Shown one piece after another: positions 38,765 through 48,733 of a DNA stretch of 64,000 nucleotides (its first letter is position 1; each line of letters begins with the position of its first letter). This DNA is from a virus, in the IMG/VR virus record IMGVR_UViG_3300045988_101135, positions 66,762-130,761 of that record. One strand, given 5' to 3'. Made by a program: the position numbers and the translations under genes. The notes below the pieces were generated by a model, which made no database searches, was not told where the DNA came from, and saw nothing but the letters and a program-made list of their open reading frames with translations.

Positions 38765-40081
38765 TTATATCATGAACCTTTTAGATATTTCCTCTGCAAT
38801 ATCATATACAACCGTATGATCCTCTTCATTGTATGGTTTATTGATATTCAACACTCCTTTTCTCACTTTGAATTTCTTATCTTTTCTAAGGTGATTCAAC
38901 ATACCTTGTTGGAACACACAGTCCGCCTTTTCAAGTGCTACACTGTCTTCTGTCCATTCTTTCAGCGTATATCCTTTACTGCTCGTGCTTTTTGGAGAAA
39001 AGTTCATAATACGTGCATCAATGCCATACCATGCTTTAACCATTCTTCTTTCAGCTTCCAATTGGAATGCATATGATTCCCATATTCCTCCCGATTTAAA
39101 GTCAAGAATGACCACTTCTTCTTTTTCCACTTCTCTTACTTCCTTCTTCGGATCACCTTTTTTGAACTGTCCGGTAGCCCTTTGATACACGGCTCCAAAA
39201 TAACCTTCTTCTTTGTATTTGAATGTCATTTTAACCATCGCATCTATCGGCGTAGCTACTAAATAGTCTTCTAATGACAATATTCTTTCAATCATCATCG
39301 GCTTAACCTTATACTCTGAACAAAATTTGGCAAACTTCATAATTCTGACAATCATATCATCAAGATCATCAATACTGTTAAAAAACCGATCAAGATTTTT
39401 CTTAGATATTTTCAGCTTGCCTTCTTGCACTGTCTTAACTACAAAGCTTCGATTTAAGACCATATCTCTACCTGTTAGGTACAATCCGTACAGATAGTGC
39501 ATGATCGTTCCCCTGTCGGCTTCATACTGTGCCACCTCTTCCGGATTGCGACCAAGCATCTTCATCTCTTGCTTCCATTCCTGAAGTGCGGTCTTATCAT
39601 CTACATACCCATCTTTGATTAAAGTTGTTACCGAAGCATATATCTTGGCCGTTCCATCATCCATCTTCCTTACATAAAAACGATTGTCGTCTAATGTCAA
39701 TCTTACGAATTTGGGAGTCTCAATCTTCTTTAACTCATCACAGATATAAAACGGTTCTAACGTTTCCTGATTTTCTGTAAACGGATTCGAATCCTCTTCT
39801 CCAGGGTTAGGAGCGGCTTCCTCCGCCGGAGCTTCCGGTTCCTCCTTCTGGGCCTGCTCTGTCTCAGGCGCCGGCTCTTCAACTACTGGAACCTGTCCGC
39901 CTCTTTCTGCTATGTCTCTGTTCTTTATTAAAGACATAACCTCCTTCTTCAACTGCTCTGGTGTTTGGTTAGGATCTGACACCGACATCACAACATCGTT
40001 CATTCTAAACAACGTATTTCCTTCTCCTTCCACCATAGGGACAAATCCTAAATCTGTCAATATTTTTATTTTCTCTTTCAT
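38765..40081 (-). CDS. PD-(D/E)XK nuclease-like protein with acidic N-terminal linker (438 aa)
   Basis: GTIMHYLYG ... PIDAMVKM ... VVILDFKSGG (D ... D-x-K) pattern; Glu/Pro/Ala-rich low-complexity region at aa 60-100. Confidence 0.4.
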   Translation of the reverse strand: MKEKIKILTDLGFVPMVEGEGNTLFRMNDVVMSVSDPNQTPEQLKKEVMSLIKNRDIAERGGQVPVVEEPAPETEQAQKEEPEAPAEEAAPNPGEEDSNPFTENQETLEPFYICDELKKIETPKFVRLTLDDNRFYVRKMDDGTAKIYASVTTLIKDGYVDDKTALQEWKQEMKMLGRNPEEVAQYEADRGTIMHYLYGLYLTGRDMVLNRSFVVKTVQEGKLKISKKNLDRFFNSIDDLDDMIVRIMKFAKFCSEYKVKPMMIERILSLEDYLVATPIDAMVKMTFKYKEEGYFGAVYQRATGQFKKGDPKKEVREVEKEEVVILDFKSGGIWESYAFQLEAERRMVKAWYGIDARIMNFSPKSTSSKGYTLKEWTEDSVALEKADCVFQQGMLNHLRKDKKFKVRKGVLNINKPYNEEDHTVVYDIAEEISKRFMI

Positions 40082-40263
40082 GATCTTCCTCTAATCAATT
40101 CTTCTTTAATACAATGTAACACTGTTTCCACTTCATCTTTATCTCTATCTTTCACTGCGATAGCTATATCCTTACCATAACTTTCTCTCTGTATGTGAGC
40201 ATAAAAGATAGTTTCATCGTCAGCTTCTATTCTTATTTTATAAAGTTTTCTCATATCTGTCAA
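40078..40263 (-). CDS. hypothetical small protein (61 aa)
   Basis: ORF in the minus array. Confidence 0.35.
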   Translation of the reverse strand: MTDMRKLYKIRIEADDETIFYAHIQRESYGKDIAIAVKDRDKDEVETVLHCIKEELIRGRS

Positions 40264-40753
40264 TTATTTCAATAATTAATCTACCTCTTTCTTTAATCAT
40301 TCCCCTGCTTTCCATATCCAGCACCTTCTTTACCGCATACTTCCACACAAAAGGAAATTCTGTTTCAAGTTTATCAAATTCCATCCGGTCAAGATACATG
40401 TCGAATACCGTATGCTCTGATTCATGAAGGAAAACTATATTATCCCTGCAAGTGGCAACCGACTTATATAACCTTTTCGGAAGTATGTGACAGACGTTAC
40501 ATACTGTAGGAAAATGAATAGCTTTACCAGTCATAGACATTCGAATAGTACTCAACTCCTCCAACATAAGACGAAAAAACCCGGATAAATCCGGGTTCTC
40601 TAACTTTTTCTTCTTGCTGCTGTTTTTAATGGATGTAATTCTGTCTTTTTTCTTCGGAGTCAACTCTTTACTCCTGCAAGCCTGGCATAAGCCATGACTT
40701 CTTATCATCACTTTTCGTCCGCATCTTTCGCAGACGTACAATTTCTTTTCCAC
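40238..40753 (-). CDS. zinc-ribbon protein (171 aa)
   Basis: N-terminal CERCG...CQAC. Confidence 0.5.
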   Translation of the reverse strand: MEKKLYVCERCGRKVMIRSHGLCQACRSKELTPKKKDRITSIKNSSKKKKLENPDLSGFFRLMLEELSTIRMSMTGKAIHFPTVCNVCHILPKRLYKSVATCRDNIVFLHESEHTVFDMYLDRMEFDKLETEFPFVWKYAVKKVLDMESRGMIKERGRLIIEIIDRYEKTL

Positions 40754-40938
40754 TCTCTATATTTCAATACAAGTGATATAATTGAAAAGGATACTGCCGT
40801 TAAAGATAACGTATATGGTAAGTTCATTAACCATCTCGGTACTTCTTCGGTCTTAATCACTATCAACAAAGTAGCACCTGCTACTACCAATAATACAATT
40901 GCCGTCGCAAGTGCTACACGGGAAACAACATCACTCAT
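40708..40938 (-). CDS. small two-TM membrane protein (76 aa)
   Basis: Two hydrophobic helices (ALATAIVLLVVAGATLLIVI; LSLTAVSFSIISLVL); fills the gap between neighbours. Confidence 0.35.
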   Translation of the reverse strand: MSDVVSRVALATAIVLLVVAGATLLIVIKTEEVPRWLMNLPYTLSLTAVSFSIISLVLKYREWKRNCTSAKDADEK

Positions 40939-41401
40939 CAGTTTTCTTTTCTCCCAATTTTTCTACACCTTTTTGCAGATCGTATTTAAACACTTCAATG
41001 ATCTTTGTTTCAGCAATAGACTCGCAATTCCAGTCTCCCAACGTACCCTGCATACCTTTAGTCAACACAGCTTCGGCGTCTTTAGGATTGCCGGCTTGGA
41101 CATACATATAGCATGGCGTTTTCTTTTCTTTACCTTTCTTTTCATCCAGTGTAATGTAATTCACCTTGCACTTATACCAGTACTCAGCTTCTCCGTTGAA
41201 AAAGATTTCTGACACTTTAATAGGGTTAATTTTTACAACCTCGAAAGAATTGTACAAATCCTTAAAGATCTCCAACGATCTTGATTCTGCCTCTGTATAA
41301 GACAAGGCATCCACCAAATACTTTTCAGTTACTTTCTTTTTTTTGCCGTTCTCGATATTATCAATCTCGGCTTTTACCGTAATTTCAAACCAGCGATTCA
41401 T
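40931..41401 (-). CDS. hypothetical protein (156 aa)
   Basis: ORF in the minus array. Confidence 0.5.
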   Translation of the reverse strand: MNRWFEITVKAEIDNIENGKKKKVTEKYLVDALSYTEAESRSLEIFKDLYNSFEVVKINPIKVSEIFFNGEAEYWYKCKVNYITLDEKKGKEKKTPCYMYVQAGNPKDAEAVLTKGMQGTLGDWNCESIAETKIIEVFKYDLQKGVEKLGEKKTDE

Positions 41402-41412
41402 TGTATTAATAT

Positions 41413-41721
41413 TTAATTAGTTGATTTCTTTCCTTTCTCTATACTATTTTTAAATCTTTCAGAACACCACTGCAAAACGTCCATCATCATCATCTCATTA
41501 TTAGATAAGATACCTTTTATAACTAACGCCAATTGATGCTGTGACATTCTTTGGCTCATATCAAATCTTCTTTCCTCTTCATTTACTATCGTAGCCACGA
41601 AATACTTACACCCCTCTAAGTGCGTCAGGGCTTCAATCATAGCTTCTTTTATCTCTTTTTCTTCCATTATGTTTGTTTTTTTTGGGCAAAGATATGTCTT
41701 TTGATAATAAAAAAGATTCAA
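41413..41721 (-). CDS. hypothetical protein (102 aa)
   Basis: ORF in the minus array. Confidence 0.45.
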   Translation of the reverse strand: MNLFYYQKTYLCPKKTNIMEEKEIKEAMIEALTHLEGCKYFVATIVNEEERRFDMSQRMSQHQLALVIKGILSNNEMMMMDVLQWCSERFKNSIEKGKKSTN

Positions 41722-41741
41722 AATGATTTAATTTAGCTTAA

Positions 41742-42410
41742 TTACTGCTCTTTTGATTCGTCCGGTATAGGCATGTCAAACTTTTTTCTGATAAACGACT
41801 CTGTTTCTTCATTGAATGGATAGGCTTCCTTAATAAAATTCATAGCTACCTCCATATCACCGTCTGCTATATCTTTATACCTTTCAAAGATACCAACCAG
41901 GTCATTGTTATATGAACGCTCTTGTTTTATGTTGTACACGTATTTCAACACCCTGTCTTTAATTTCATTGGCTTTTTTCACGGTGTCATTGAAGGTATTT
42001 ATACTTGTCAATTCAGGGTTTTTATTTTTCTCATCTATCTTATCAAACTCTTCCTTGCTATATCCTGTTTCTCCTTTAACAGCCGGGCAAACACCCTCCT
42101 TCATGATCCAAAACTGTTCATACGATCCTGCCAGATATCTCGATTCTGTTTTAAATGCATTATACTTGACAAGCAAATTAGCCACCTCAGTTGCACCTTC
42201 TATGGTTCTAAAACCGATGCCGATATCTTTTAACATAAATACCGGAACTCCAGTTCTTGGATACACGACTTCTTTTTTGTTCTTTATATTCCAGTTTTTA
42301 GCTTCAATTGGAATACCTTTATTAGCAAGCTCTTTGTCTATATACAGACTTATGTCTTCGTCTGTCAATGCCACAATCTCATCTCTGCTTAAATCAAAAA
42401 CTGTTTTCAT
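41742..42410 (-). CDS. hypothetical protein (222 aa)
   Basis: ORF in the minus array. Confidence 0.5.
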   Translation of the reverse strand: MKTVFDLSRDEIVALTDEDISLYIDKELANKGIPIEAKNWNIKNKKEVVYPRTGVPVFMLKDIGIGFRTIEGATEVANLLVKYNAFKTESRYLAGSYEQFWIMKEGVCPAVKGETGYSKEEFDKIDEKNKNPELTSINTFNDTVKKANEIKDRVLKYVYNIKQERSYNNDLVGIFERYKDIADGDMEVAMNFIKEAYPFNEETESFIRKKFDMPIPDESKEQ

Positions 42411-42610
42411 TTTTCTTTATTTATTAAATTAAACAACTTACTTCTTTGTTCAGGCTCCGTATATTCTACCCATATATCGGCCGCCACATTTCTAAGAAAT
42501 TCCATAAAGTCTTGATGATCCCTGTATTCAGCAGAATCAACTTTTCTCACAAAACTTAGAATTTCCTTTAACATCTTATTGTTTTCTTCAAGAAGTTCTC
42601 TGTCGGTCAT
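42407..42610 (-). CDS. hypothetical small protein (67 aa)
   Basis: ORF in the minus array. Confidence 0.4.
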   Translation of the reverse strand: MTDRELLEENNKMLKEILSFVRKVDSAEYRDHQDFMEFLRNVAADIWVEYTEPEQRSKLFNLINKEK

Positions 42611-42629
42611 AACCTTTCATATTTTCTTC

Positions 42630-43073
42630 TTAACTCATTTTTACCCATTTGGCATTATCAGGTATTAAATCCTTAAATTCTTCTGGGATTTTCCCTTGAT
42701 GCCACCAATCATTGGAAATGATTTTTCTCCCATCATTTGAAATAGCCTCCATCATTCTTCCTCCCATACCCATGAATCTTCGTGTTTTGTTGTTTGTATT
42801 GGGAACAAACGGATTAGCTATCCATGATTCTCCATCTATAATCAACCAATTGGGATTATTCTTATTCTCTTCATATAGTCTGATCCAAAACGCACAAGAA
42901 TAGCAAACTCCATCTCGTTCCATAATAGACCGTATAGGACATTTACAAAAATGTTCTGGATTCATGCTATGTATATTATTTTGCCCCGACCCATCTTCGC
43001 AGCCGCATTTGGGACATATTTTCTTCTTTTCGCTTTCCATATTGCTTATGCTGTTTTTAAGGTAATAGATCAT
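42630..43073 (-). CDS. Cys-rich zinc-ribbon protein, paralog of 22777..23265
   Basis: KICPKCG...DGESWIANP...FKDLIPDNAKW blocks shared with the ORF at 22777. Confidence 0.55.
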   Translation of the reverse strand: MIYYLKNSISNMESEKKKICPKCGCEDGSGQNNIHSMNPEHFCKCPIRSIMERDGVCYSCAFWIRLYEENKNNPNWLIIDGESWIANPFVPNTNNKTRRFMGMGGRMMEAISNDGRKIISNDWWHQGKIPEEFKDLIPDNAKWVKMS

Positions 43074-43317
43074 CTAAATAAGCCCATGATTCCATTTCAT
43101 CTAATCTGTATAAAATACATCCTGGACGGCTGGATATAAAAGTTTTGTTCTCTTCCAATATACCCATAATTGGACTCTTTGATCCTATTGTTGATTTCTT
43201 GGGGAGAAACACAATAAAACGGTGGCAATCTGGAATTACTGTTATAGAATGCCACACGCTGTTAATGCGCCACTCTGCACCAGCTTTAAAAAGAGGAATA
43301 GCATATTCTTGTTCCAT
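43057..43317 (-). CDS. hypothetical protein (86 aa)
   Basis: ORF in the minus array. Confidence 0.4.
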   Translation of the reverse strand: MEQEYAIPLFKAGAEWRINSVWHSITVIPDCHRFIVFLPKKSTIGSKSPIMGILEENKTFISSRPGCILYRLDEMESWAYLDDLLP

Positions 43318-43323
43318 GTCTAT

Positions 43324-43779
43324 TTAGTTTTGAATTAATGTGAAAAGAGCAATTATAGCCGCAACTGATATAATAGATAAAATAACGTTTGCCAATGCAT
43401 GCTTTAAGAGGCGCCTTTCGAGATTTGCGATATGCTTTCTTAGTCCTTCGCAATGTTTTTTTGTAGATCTGGATTCTTTGAGTTCTTTGTTGTATTTTAC
43501 CATATTTTTGTCGCACCATTTCATTATATCAGCACTTGCTTTGTTAAGCATATCTCTGATTTTTTCATCATCATAGAATGGTATTTCAACATCAACACAA
43601 GTATTTGGCCTGTATAATAATCCGTATGTATCAAAGCACACTTTCAATGTGACAACTTCAGGCTTAGCCATTTCTTCGGCTTGTTTCTTTATCTGCTCAT
43701 CTGTTGCTTCGGCTTTAGCTTTAAGCTCATTGTAGTCTTCTATATTCAGCAAAGCCATGTTTTCAAATTCTGTATTCAT
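43324..43779 (-). CDS. tail-anchored membrane protein (151 aa)
   Basis: Helical/coiled N-terminus and a C-terminal hydrophobic helix VILSIISVAAIIALFTLI. Confidence 0.5.
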   Translation of the reverse strand: MNTEFENMALLNIEDYNELKAKAEATDEQIKKQAEEMAKPEVVTLKVCFDTYGLLYRPNTCVDVEIPFYDDEKIRDMLNKASADIMKWCDKNMVKYNKELKESRSTKKHCEGLRKHIANLERRLLKHALANVILSIISVAAIIALFTLIQN

Positions 43780-43965
43780 ATCTACTATTTCTTATTTAGA
43801 GTGAATGTTTGCCAAATGCTTTATCCCAACGCCTGCTTGCTATCTGTACACATACTACCAACGCATCACGATATTTACGGGATTAGATGGTTCTTATGTG
43901 GCGGATGTTGATAATCCTAACAACGCATTCGTACTGATTTTTGCAAACTGTTCACTCAATTATTT

Positions 43966-44217
43966 TTAATTTTTAATTAATTCAACTCCTATAATATCTT
44001 CGTAATCAATATAGTGCATCATTGAAACACCGTTGTCATCATCGGCCATTATTTCAACACAAGCAGAACAGCCATTGAATGCACCTTCGATTGTTATACC
44101 TGTTAATTGCCTAAAGAATCCTAAAAATTTCTTTGGTTTGATAACCCTAATGCGGACAAGATCATTCCAAGTTATTCCTTTCTCTTCGCAAATAGATTTA
44201 AACTTCTCGGCTGTCAT
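43966..44217 (-). CDS. hypothetical protein (83 aa)
   Basis: ORF in the minus array. Confidence 0.4.
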   Translation of the reverse strand: MTAEKFKSICEEKGITWNDLVRIRVIKPKKFLGFFRQLTGITIEGAFNGCSACVEIMADDDNGVSMMHYIDYEDIIGVELIKN

Positions 44218-44224
44218 AGTTCAC

Positions 44225-44422
44225 TTATTTTTTACGATTACGTTTATTCATTTTCTTCTTCTTACGATCTTTCTTGATCTGTTTTTCGCTTCTTCCGGAT
44301 TTGTAAGAAGAACCTTTATATGCCGGTGGTTTATTTTCCCACATCGGAAGGCTGACTTCTATTTCATCCATAACATTCTGGACATTGGTCAGCTCCACGT
44401 GGAAGAAGCATTTGTACTCCAC
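44225..44422 (-). CDS. Lys-rich small protein (65 aa)
   Basis: C-terminus KKDRKKKKMNKRNRKK. Confidence 0.35.
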   Translation of the reverse strand: MEYKCFFHVELTNVQNVMDEIEVSLPMWENKPPAYKGSSYKSGRSEKQIKKDRKKKKMNKRNRKK

Positions 44423-44482
44423 ATTGAGTACATCTCACCCAGTCTCCATGCTGCACCCCTTCGTATGTTCTTGTTTTCATAT

Positions 44483-44677
44483 TTATTGTTTATCATTTAT
44501 AACATTTACTTCTTCGCTCCACAAATGTCTCTTATATATCGGAGTGATGCCGATCAGAATACCACTATCTTCGCCCCAATACTGAAGTGTTTTAGGCTCA
44601 ATTTTATGATGCAATTCTTGTATTCCTCCTTTGTTTCTGTCATAAGGAGAAAAATCAGATAATTTTACCGTTTTCAT
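44483..44677 (-). CDS. hypothetical small protein (64 aa)
   Basis: ORF in the minus array. Confidence 0.35.
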   Translation of the reverse strand: MKTVKLSDFSPYDRNKGGIQELHHKIEPKTLQYWGEDSGILIGITPIYKRHLWSEEVNVINDKQ

Positions 44678-45408
44678 TTTTCTGGATTTTCAGCAGTTCC
44701 TAAAAGATATTCATTGCCCTCAAAAGGAATGCAATAAACATACACTGTTCCATTCAAGCATTCATATTTAATCTCCCCATCCTGATCGTCTGTAATTGTT
44801 CTTATGAATAAACTGGCCTCCCAATTATCGTCCTCATAATATTTTGCTAACACTTTGTCAAACGGCTTAAACTCATATTTCGTCCTTTCTTCAATTCCGA
44901 AGAAGCGTTTTAGATATTCTTTTGCTTTAGGATTTTTGCTTTTCTTTAACGCTTTAATCATCTTCTGTTTTTCCGAATCTGTTGCAAGTCTATAACATTC
45001 TATGTGGTTTTCGTGTGCAGCCAAATTATCCGATATATTAAGACTTTTTCCCGCTGCAAGACTCGCATAAAAAGATGTTAAATATTTCCCATGCGTATTT
45101 AAAATAAAAATATAACTTCCATCTTTGCTGCTTAACACATCTCCATCTTTAAATGTAGTATATTCCGGGACTTCAAGAAGGAGGCGATTTTCGCTGCTAA
45201 ATGCTTTTCCTGTAGCAGAAAACCAATCTGCCGATACAGAAATAGAATGAATTACAACCAATAACGGACAAATTGACGAATTGTCTTCATATACTATTTC
45301 TGCTCTATTTCGTCCTTTCTCTGTCACAATCTGACCTACTCTTTCCCCTATGTTTATTTTTTTCGCCGTTTCTAAATCAAACGGGATTGTTACCATTTTA
45401 TATTCCAT
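44674..45408 (-). CDS. hypothetical protein, tandem paralog 1 (244 aa)
   Basis: Shares IPFDLxTAxKI...FKPFxxVLxxxxxxxxWxxxLF...YECLxG...CIPxEGNExLLGT with the adjacent ORF at 45413. Confidence 0.55.
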   Translation of the reverse strand: MEYKMVTIPFDLETAKKINIGERVGQIVTEKGRNRAEIVYEDNSSICPLLVVIHSISVSADWFSATGKAFSSENRLLLEVPEYTTFKDGDVLSSKDGSYIFILNTHGKYLTSFYASLAAGKSLNISDNLAAHENHIECYRLATDSEKQKMIKALKKSKNPKAKEYLKRFFGIEERTKYEFKPFDKVLAKYYEDDNWEASLFIRTITDDQDGEIKYECLNGTVYVYCIPFEGNEYLLGTAENPEK

Positions 45409-45412
45409 AATC

Positions 45413-46204
45413 TTATTTGTTTTTATTGGTTCCTAAAAGATGTTCGTTCCCTTCGTATGGGATACACTGACTAAATCCTACCCCTCCTAAGCATTCGTAT
45501 TTATTATCTCCTACTGATTCTCTGGAAAATAGATGCAATTTCCACCTCTCTTGGTTAGTTCTTCTCACCAGCACTCGTTCAAATGGTTTGAAGTCACGTT
45601 TCGGCATCTCATCTAATAGATACTCATATTCACTTAAATATCGTTTTATTATATCTATTTTTCTACTGTCTTCGGCTTTTATAATCTTTTCTGCTAAAAA
45701 TTTCTTCTCTTCTTCTATAGCCTTTCTTACATGCCGTTTTTTATCTTCATCATACACATCAGTCCATAATCCGCTATGATCAAACTTAATATCTCCAGAT
45801 GTTACCATTCCACATATACTTCCCATTACCCCTTTGGTAATAAGTCCATCATATATAAATTGACATCCTTTAGTGTTTGTTAATACATCTCCTTTCTTAA
45901 AATACGCTCCAGCCTCTACCCTCAATTCCAGAGTGGTGCCGCCAATAATACAACCTTCCGTGTTGGCATATATAGCACTTATCCCATATCCATCTTTTTT
46001 TACAAAAAGCAAATTATAAGGACCTGCACAGTCTTTCGACTCATATACAAATTCTATTTCAATATTATCAATTAATACCGAACCTTCTATTTCTCCGCTT
46101 TTAATTTTTCTCGCCGTATTTAAATCAAACGGAATAATAATTGCATTTTCCATATTTTTCTTGTTTTTAGTTGTTATAAAATAAGATGGGTTACTTACGC
46201 CCAT
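45413..46204 (-). CDS. hypothetical protein, tandem paralog 2 (263 aa)
   Basis: See 44674..45408. Confidence 0.55.
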   Translation of the reverse strand: MGVSNPSYFITTKNKKNMENAIIIPFDLNTARKIKSGEIEGSVLIDNIEIEFVYESKDCAGPYNLLFVKKDGYGISAIYANTEGCIIGGTTLELRVEAGAYFKKGDVLTNTKGCQFIYDGLITKGVMGSICGMVTSGDIKFDHSGLWTDVYDEDKKRHVRKAIEEEKKFLAEKIIKAEDSRKIDIIKRYLSEYEYLLDEMPKRDFKPFERVLVRRTNQERWKLHLFSRESVGDNKYECLGGVGFSQCIPYEGNEHLLGTNKNK

Positions 46205-47133
46205 CCCAGTTGCTTTGCAATACTTTCCATCTCACTATACGCAATACGATGACATCCGGCTGTCAGTATATCGTTTTCATACCGGTTTATGCTCCACTTA
46301 TTGCCACCCACGTCCTCTACCAGGCCATGCCGGAACTGGCCTCCCCGGTGCAACAGTGACACCATCTGCCACATCCTTCTGGCTTCTTCTATCCCGATTT
46401 TTATTTGTTTGCTCGTTTCAATAATTCCCCCTTTTATGCGCATCCAAGCATTTACGTCAGCACAATCAATAAAATAATATGAATGCAAGAAATTAAGTTC
46501 TCCCGACTTCCATTTTTCTAATTTTTCATAAAAATCCTTACGAAATTTGTCTAATTCTTCTTCCCTTGCCCTTCGCTTTTTTTCCTGTTTTGCTTCTATA
46601 TTTATTCTATATTTTTCAACTCTTTCCCGATATTTCAACCAAGTTCCTTCACCACAAACTTCATCTACAATCACAATAACGGTTCCAAGGACTTCCAGTG
46701 CTTGATGATTCAATAATATCTGGAAAACACGTTTCAACTCACGGACATGTTCACGTTTAATCTTATCTGATTTCCATGATAATTCATGGTTAGTTCCAAG
46801 CCATTCGTTTGCGCTCTTTTTAAGAAGACGCCGGGGAGTCCCCATATCGAAGAACTCAATATAATCCATCAGATTTTTAAAATTCCCCCAAACATCCCGA
46901 TAAGACAATTCGGTTCTGGCTTTCTTGTATTTTTCAATAGCATCTTTAATACATTCCAACATATTGGTAACAAAGAGCATGTTACCGATACAATATGATA
47001 TATTACATTCAACATAGAACACCTTTGAGCCAGTTGGTATTGCTTCACGAACATAATATTGATGCTTGCTTGTAGTAGAAGAATAGTATGTATCATTAAT
47101 CAAATACGCCTTTTCTCCACGCTTGTTTCGCAC
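46195..47133 (-). CDS. hypothetical protein (312 aa)
   Basis: ORF in the minus array. Confidence 0.55.
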   Translation of the reverse strand: MRNKRGEKAYLINDTYYSSTTSKHQYYVREAIPTGSKVFYVECNISYCIGNMLFVTNMLECIKDAIEKYKKARTELSYRDVWGNFKNLMDYIEFFDMGTPRRLLKKSANEWLGTNHELSWKSDKIKREHVRELKRVFQILLNHQALEVLGTVIVIVDEVCGEGTWLKYRERVEKYRINIEAKQEKKRRAREEELDKFRKDFYEKLEKWKSGELNFLHSYYFIDCADVNAWMRIKGGIIETSKQIKIGIEEARRMWQMVSLLHRGGQFRHGLVEDVGGNKWSINRYENDILTAGCHRIAYSEMESIAKQLGWA

Positions 47134-47271
47134 GATTCTTCCGACCTCAAAATGTCTTCCATAGGAGTAAATACTTTCACCTTCAAAATAGAAATTACTA
47201 CCATTTGCAGATTCTTACTTTTCGTTTGCCCACAAGTGAGCGACCATTGAATTGTTCATATAAATATCTTT

Positions 47272-47562
47272 TTAATTGTTTAACTTACCTTTATCATATG
47301 ACATTCTTTTTTCGTATTTTTCAATACGTTCGATTATCATATCGCAGAAGACTTGCCCATCTTTTTCGGAACCTCTGAAGTAACCGATCATCTTCAGGAT
47401 ATTCCCGTTAAACTCATGGACAAACTTGTTGTAATAATGTTCTCCCATAACTTTCCCGTATTTTTCTATGAACAAATCCTTGTCCAACGATTCATCTTTA
47501 AAACAACGGTTGTAATCCCATATTACGACACGAAGTAACGTTTCAAAATCCAACCTTTCCAT
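47272..47562 (-). CDS. hypothetical protein (96 aa)
   Basis: ORF in the minus array. Confidence 0.45.
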   Translation of the reverse strand: MERLDFETLLRVVIWDYNRCFKDESLDKDLFIEKYGKVMGEHYYNKFVHEFNGNILKMIGYFRGSEKDGQVFCDMIIERIEKYEKRMSYDKGKLNN

Positions 47563-47570
47563 ATCCTGTA

Positions 47571-48467
47571 TTATTTAAGTTCAAACTTGATGCCTTCCGG
47601 CAACTGAGAGCGGTCTACGTTATTCACAAAATCATCAAACTCTTCCTGTGTGATTTTTCCTCCATAATCGTTCCAGTTGAAAGATAAAGTGTTCGTGTGA
47701 GGATAATATATAACATTATTAATTGGCAATCCATAATCAAACACACAGAGTATTATCTTCTTTTCTGCTTCTGCTTGTCTGATTTTTTTATCGTATCGCT
47801 CACAAATTTCAGCACGTTTTGCCGCCATCTTTGCTTTATGGGCTTCCACTCTGCGTTTCTCTATATTTTCTGAGGAATAATGCCCGGCTTTAATACGCTC
47901 TTCAATAAGAGATCGTTCCTCGTCCGTTAGTGTTAAAACAAATCTTTCTTCTTCCGGCTTATATGGATTAACCCACTTCTTTCCACACAATTTTTCAAGT
48001 TCCGCAATAAGCTCTTCTGATTCTCTTTTCCATCTATCCACAATCCCAAGATTGAAAAGCTGATACTTGAAATACAACTCATCCTCAGAGGCTTTATATA
48101 ATTCTGCGCATTCTTGTTCTGATATACGCAAATACTCCATTGCTACAGACATGCCACTTCTTCTAACGTGATATATGCCATTTTCCACCGGATACATAGG
48201 AGCACCATAATGGTTACAAAGATGCAACGATATGAATTTTGCCAATTCCGGAAAATGTTTTGCAACTTCATCGTGACAGCAGCCTCCCATATACTCCTTG
48301 TATTGTCCACGTTGATTTTTCCATCTAACATCGGCTGTTACGCTCCAGTCACACATATTGCTACGACAATCATCATCTAAAGATACTGTGACTGTTATTC
48401 TGTATTCTTCTTTGTTTTCTGTAAAGAATTTTGTACTTAAATAAGTTAGTTTGTTTGCAGTTTCCAT
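47571..48467 (-). CDS. hypothetical protein (298 aa)
   Basis: ORF; central coiled-coil. Confidence 0.55.
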   Translation of the reverse strand: METANKLTYLSTKFFTENKEEYRITVTVSLDDDCRSNMCDWSVTADVRWKNQRGQYKEYMGGCCHDEVAKHFPELAKFISLHLCNHYGAPMYPVENGIYHVRRSGMSVAMEYLRISEQECAELYKASEDELYFKYQLFNLGIVDRWKRESEELIAELEKLCGKKWVNPYKPEEERFVLTLTDEERSLIEERIKAGHYSSENIEKRRVEAHKAKMAAKRAEICERYDKKIRQAEAEKKIILCVFDYGLPINNVIYYPHTNTLSFNWNDYGGKITQEEFDDFVNNVDRSQLPEGIKFELK

Positions 48468-48478
48468 ATTATTTTAGT

Positions 48479-48733
48479 TTAATCATTACACTTATGAAAA
48501 ATAAAATCTGCACACTCTCCGGGAAGTGTTCCTGCGTCATTACAACGGTAAAACCCTTGTGTTTCCAAATCTACATCTACCGGATAACCTTCTGCTTTTT
48601 TCAAAAAAGCATCTATTTCCTGTATTTCTTCTTCAGACAGTCCTGAATAATCACCGTTTATCAGAGCGCAAGCCCAATAAATCGGAAGCCTGTATCTTAT
48701 TATTTCTATCATACCACCTTCGTTTATACGCAT
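48479..48733 (-). CDS. hypothetical protein (84 aa)
   Basis: ORF in the minus array. Confidence 0.4.
   Translation of the reverse strand: MRINEGGMIEIIRYRLPIYWACALINGDYSGLSEEEIQEIDAFLKKAEGYPVDVDLETQGFYRCNDAGTLPGECADFIFHKCND

Noticed and set aside
40694-41212. Plus-strand 172-aa ORF and similar antisense ORFs across 38.8-46.5 kb
   Set aside because: All lie opposite to a continuous minus-strand gene array and overlap its better-supported ORFs.
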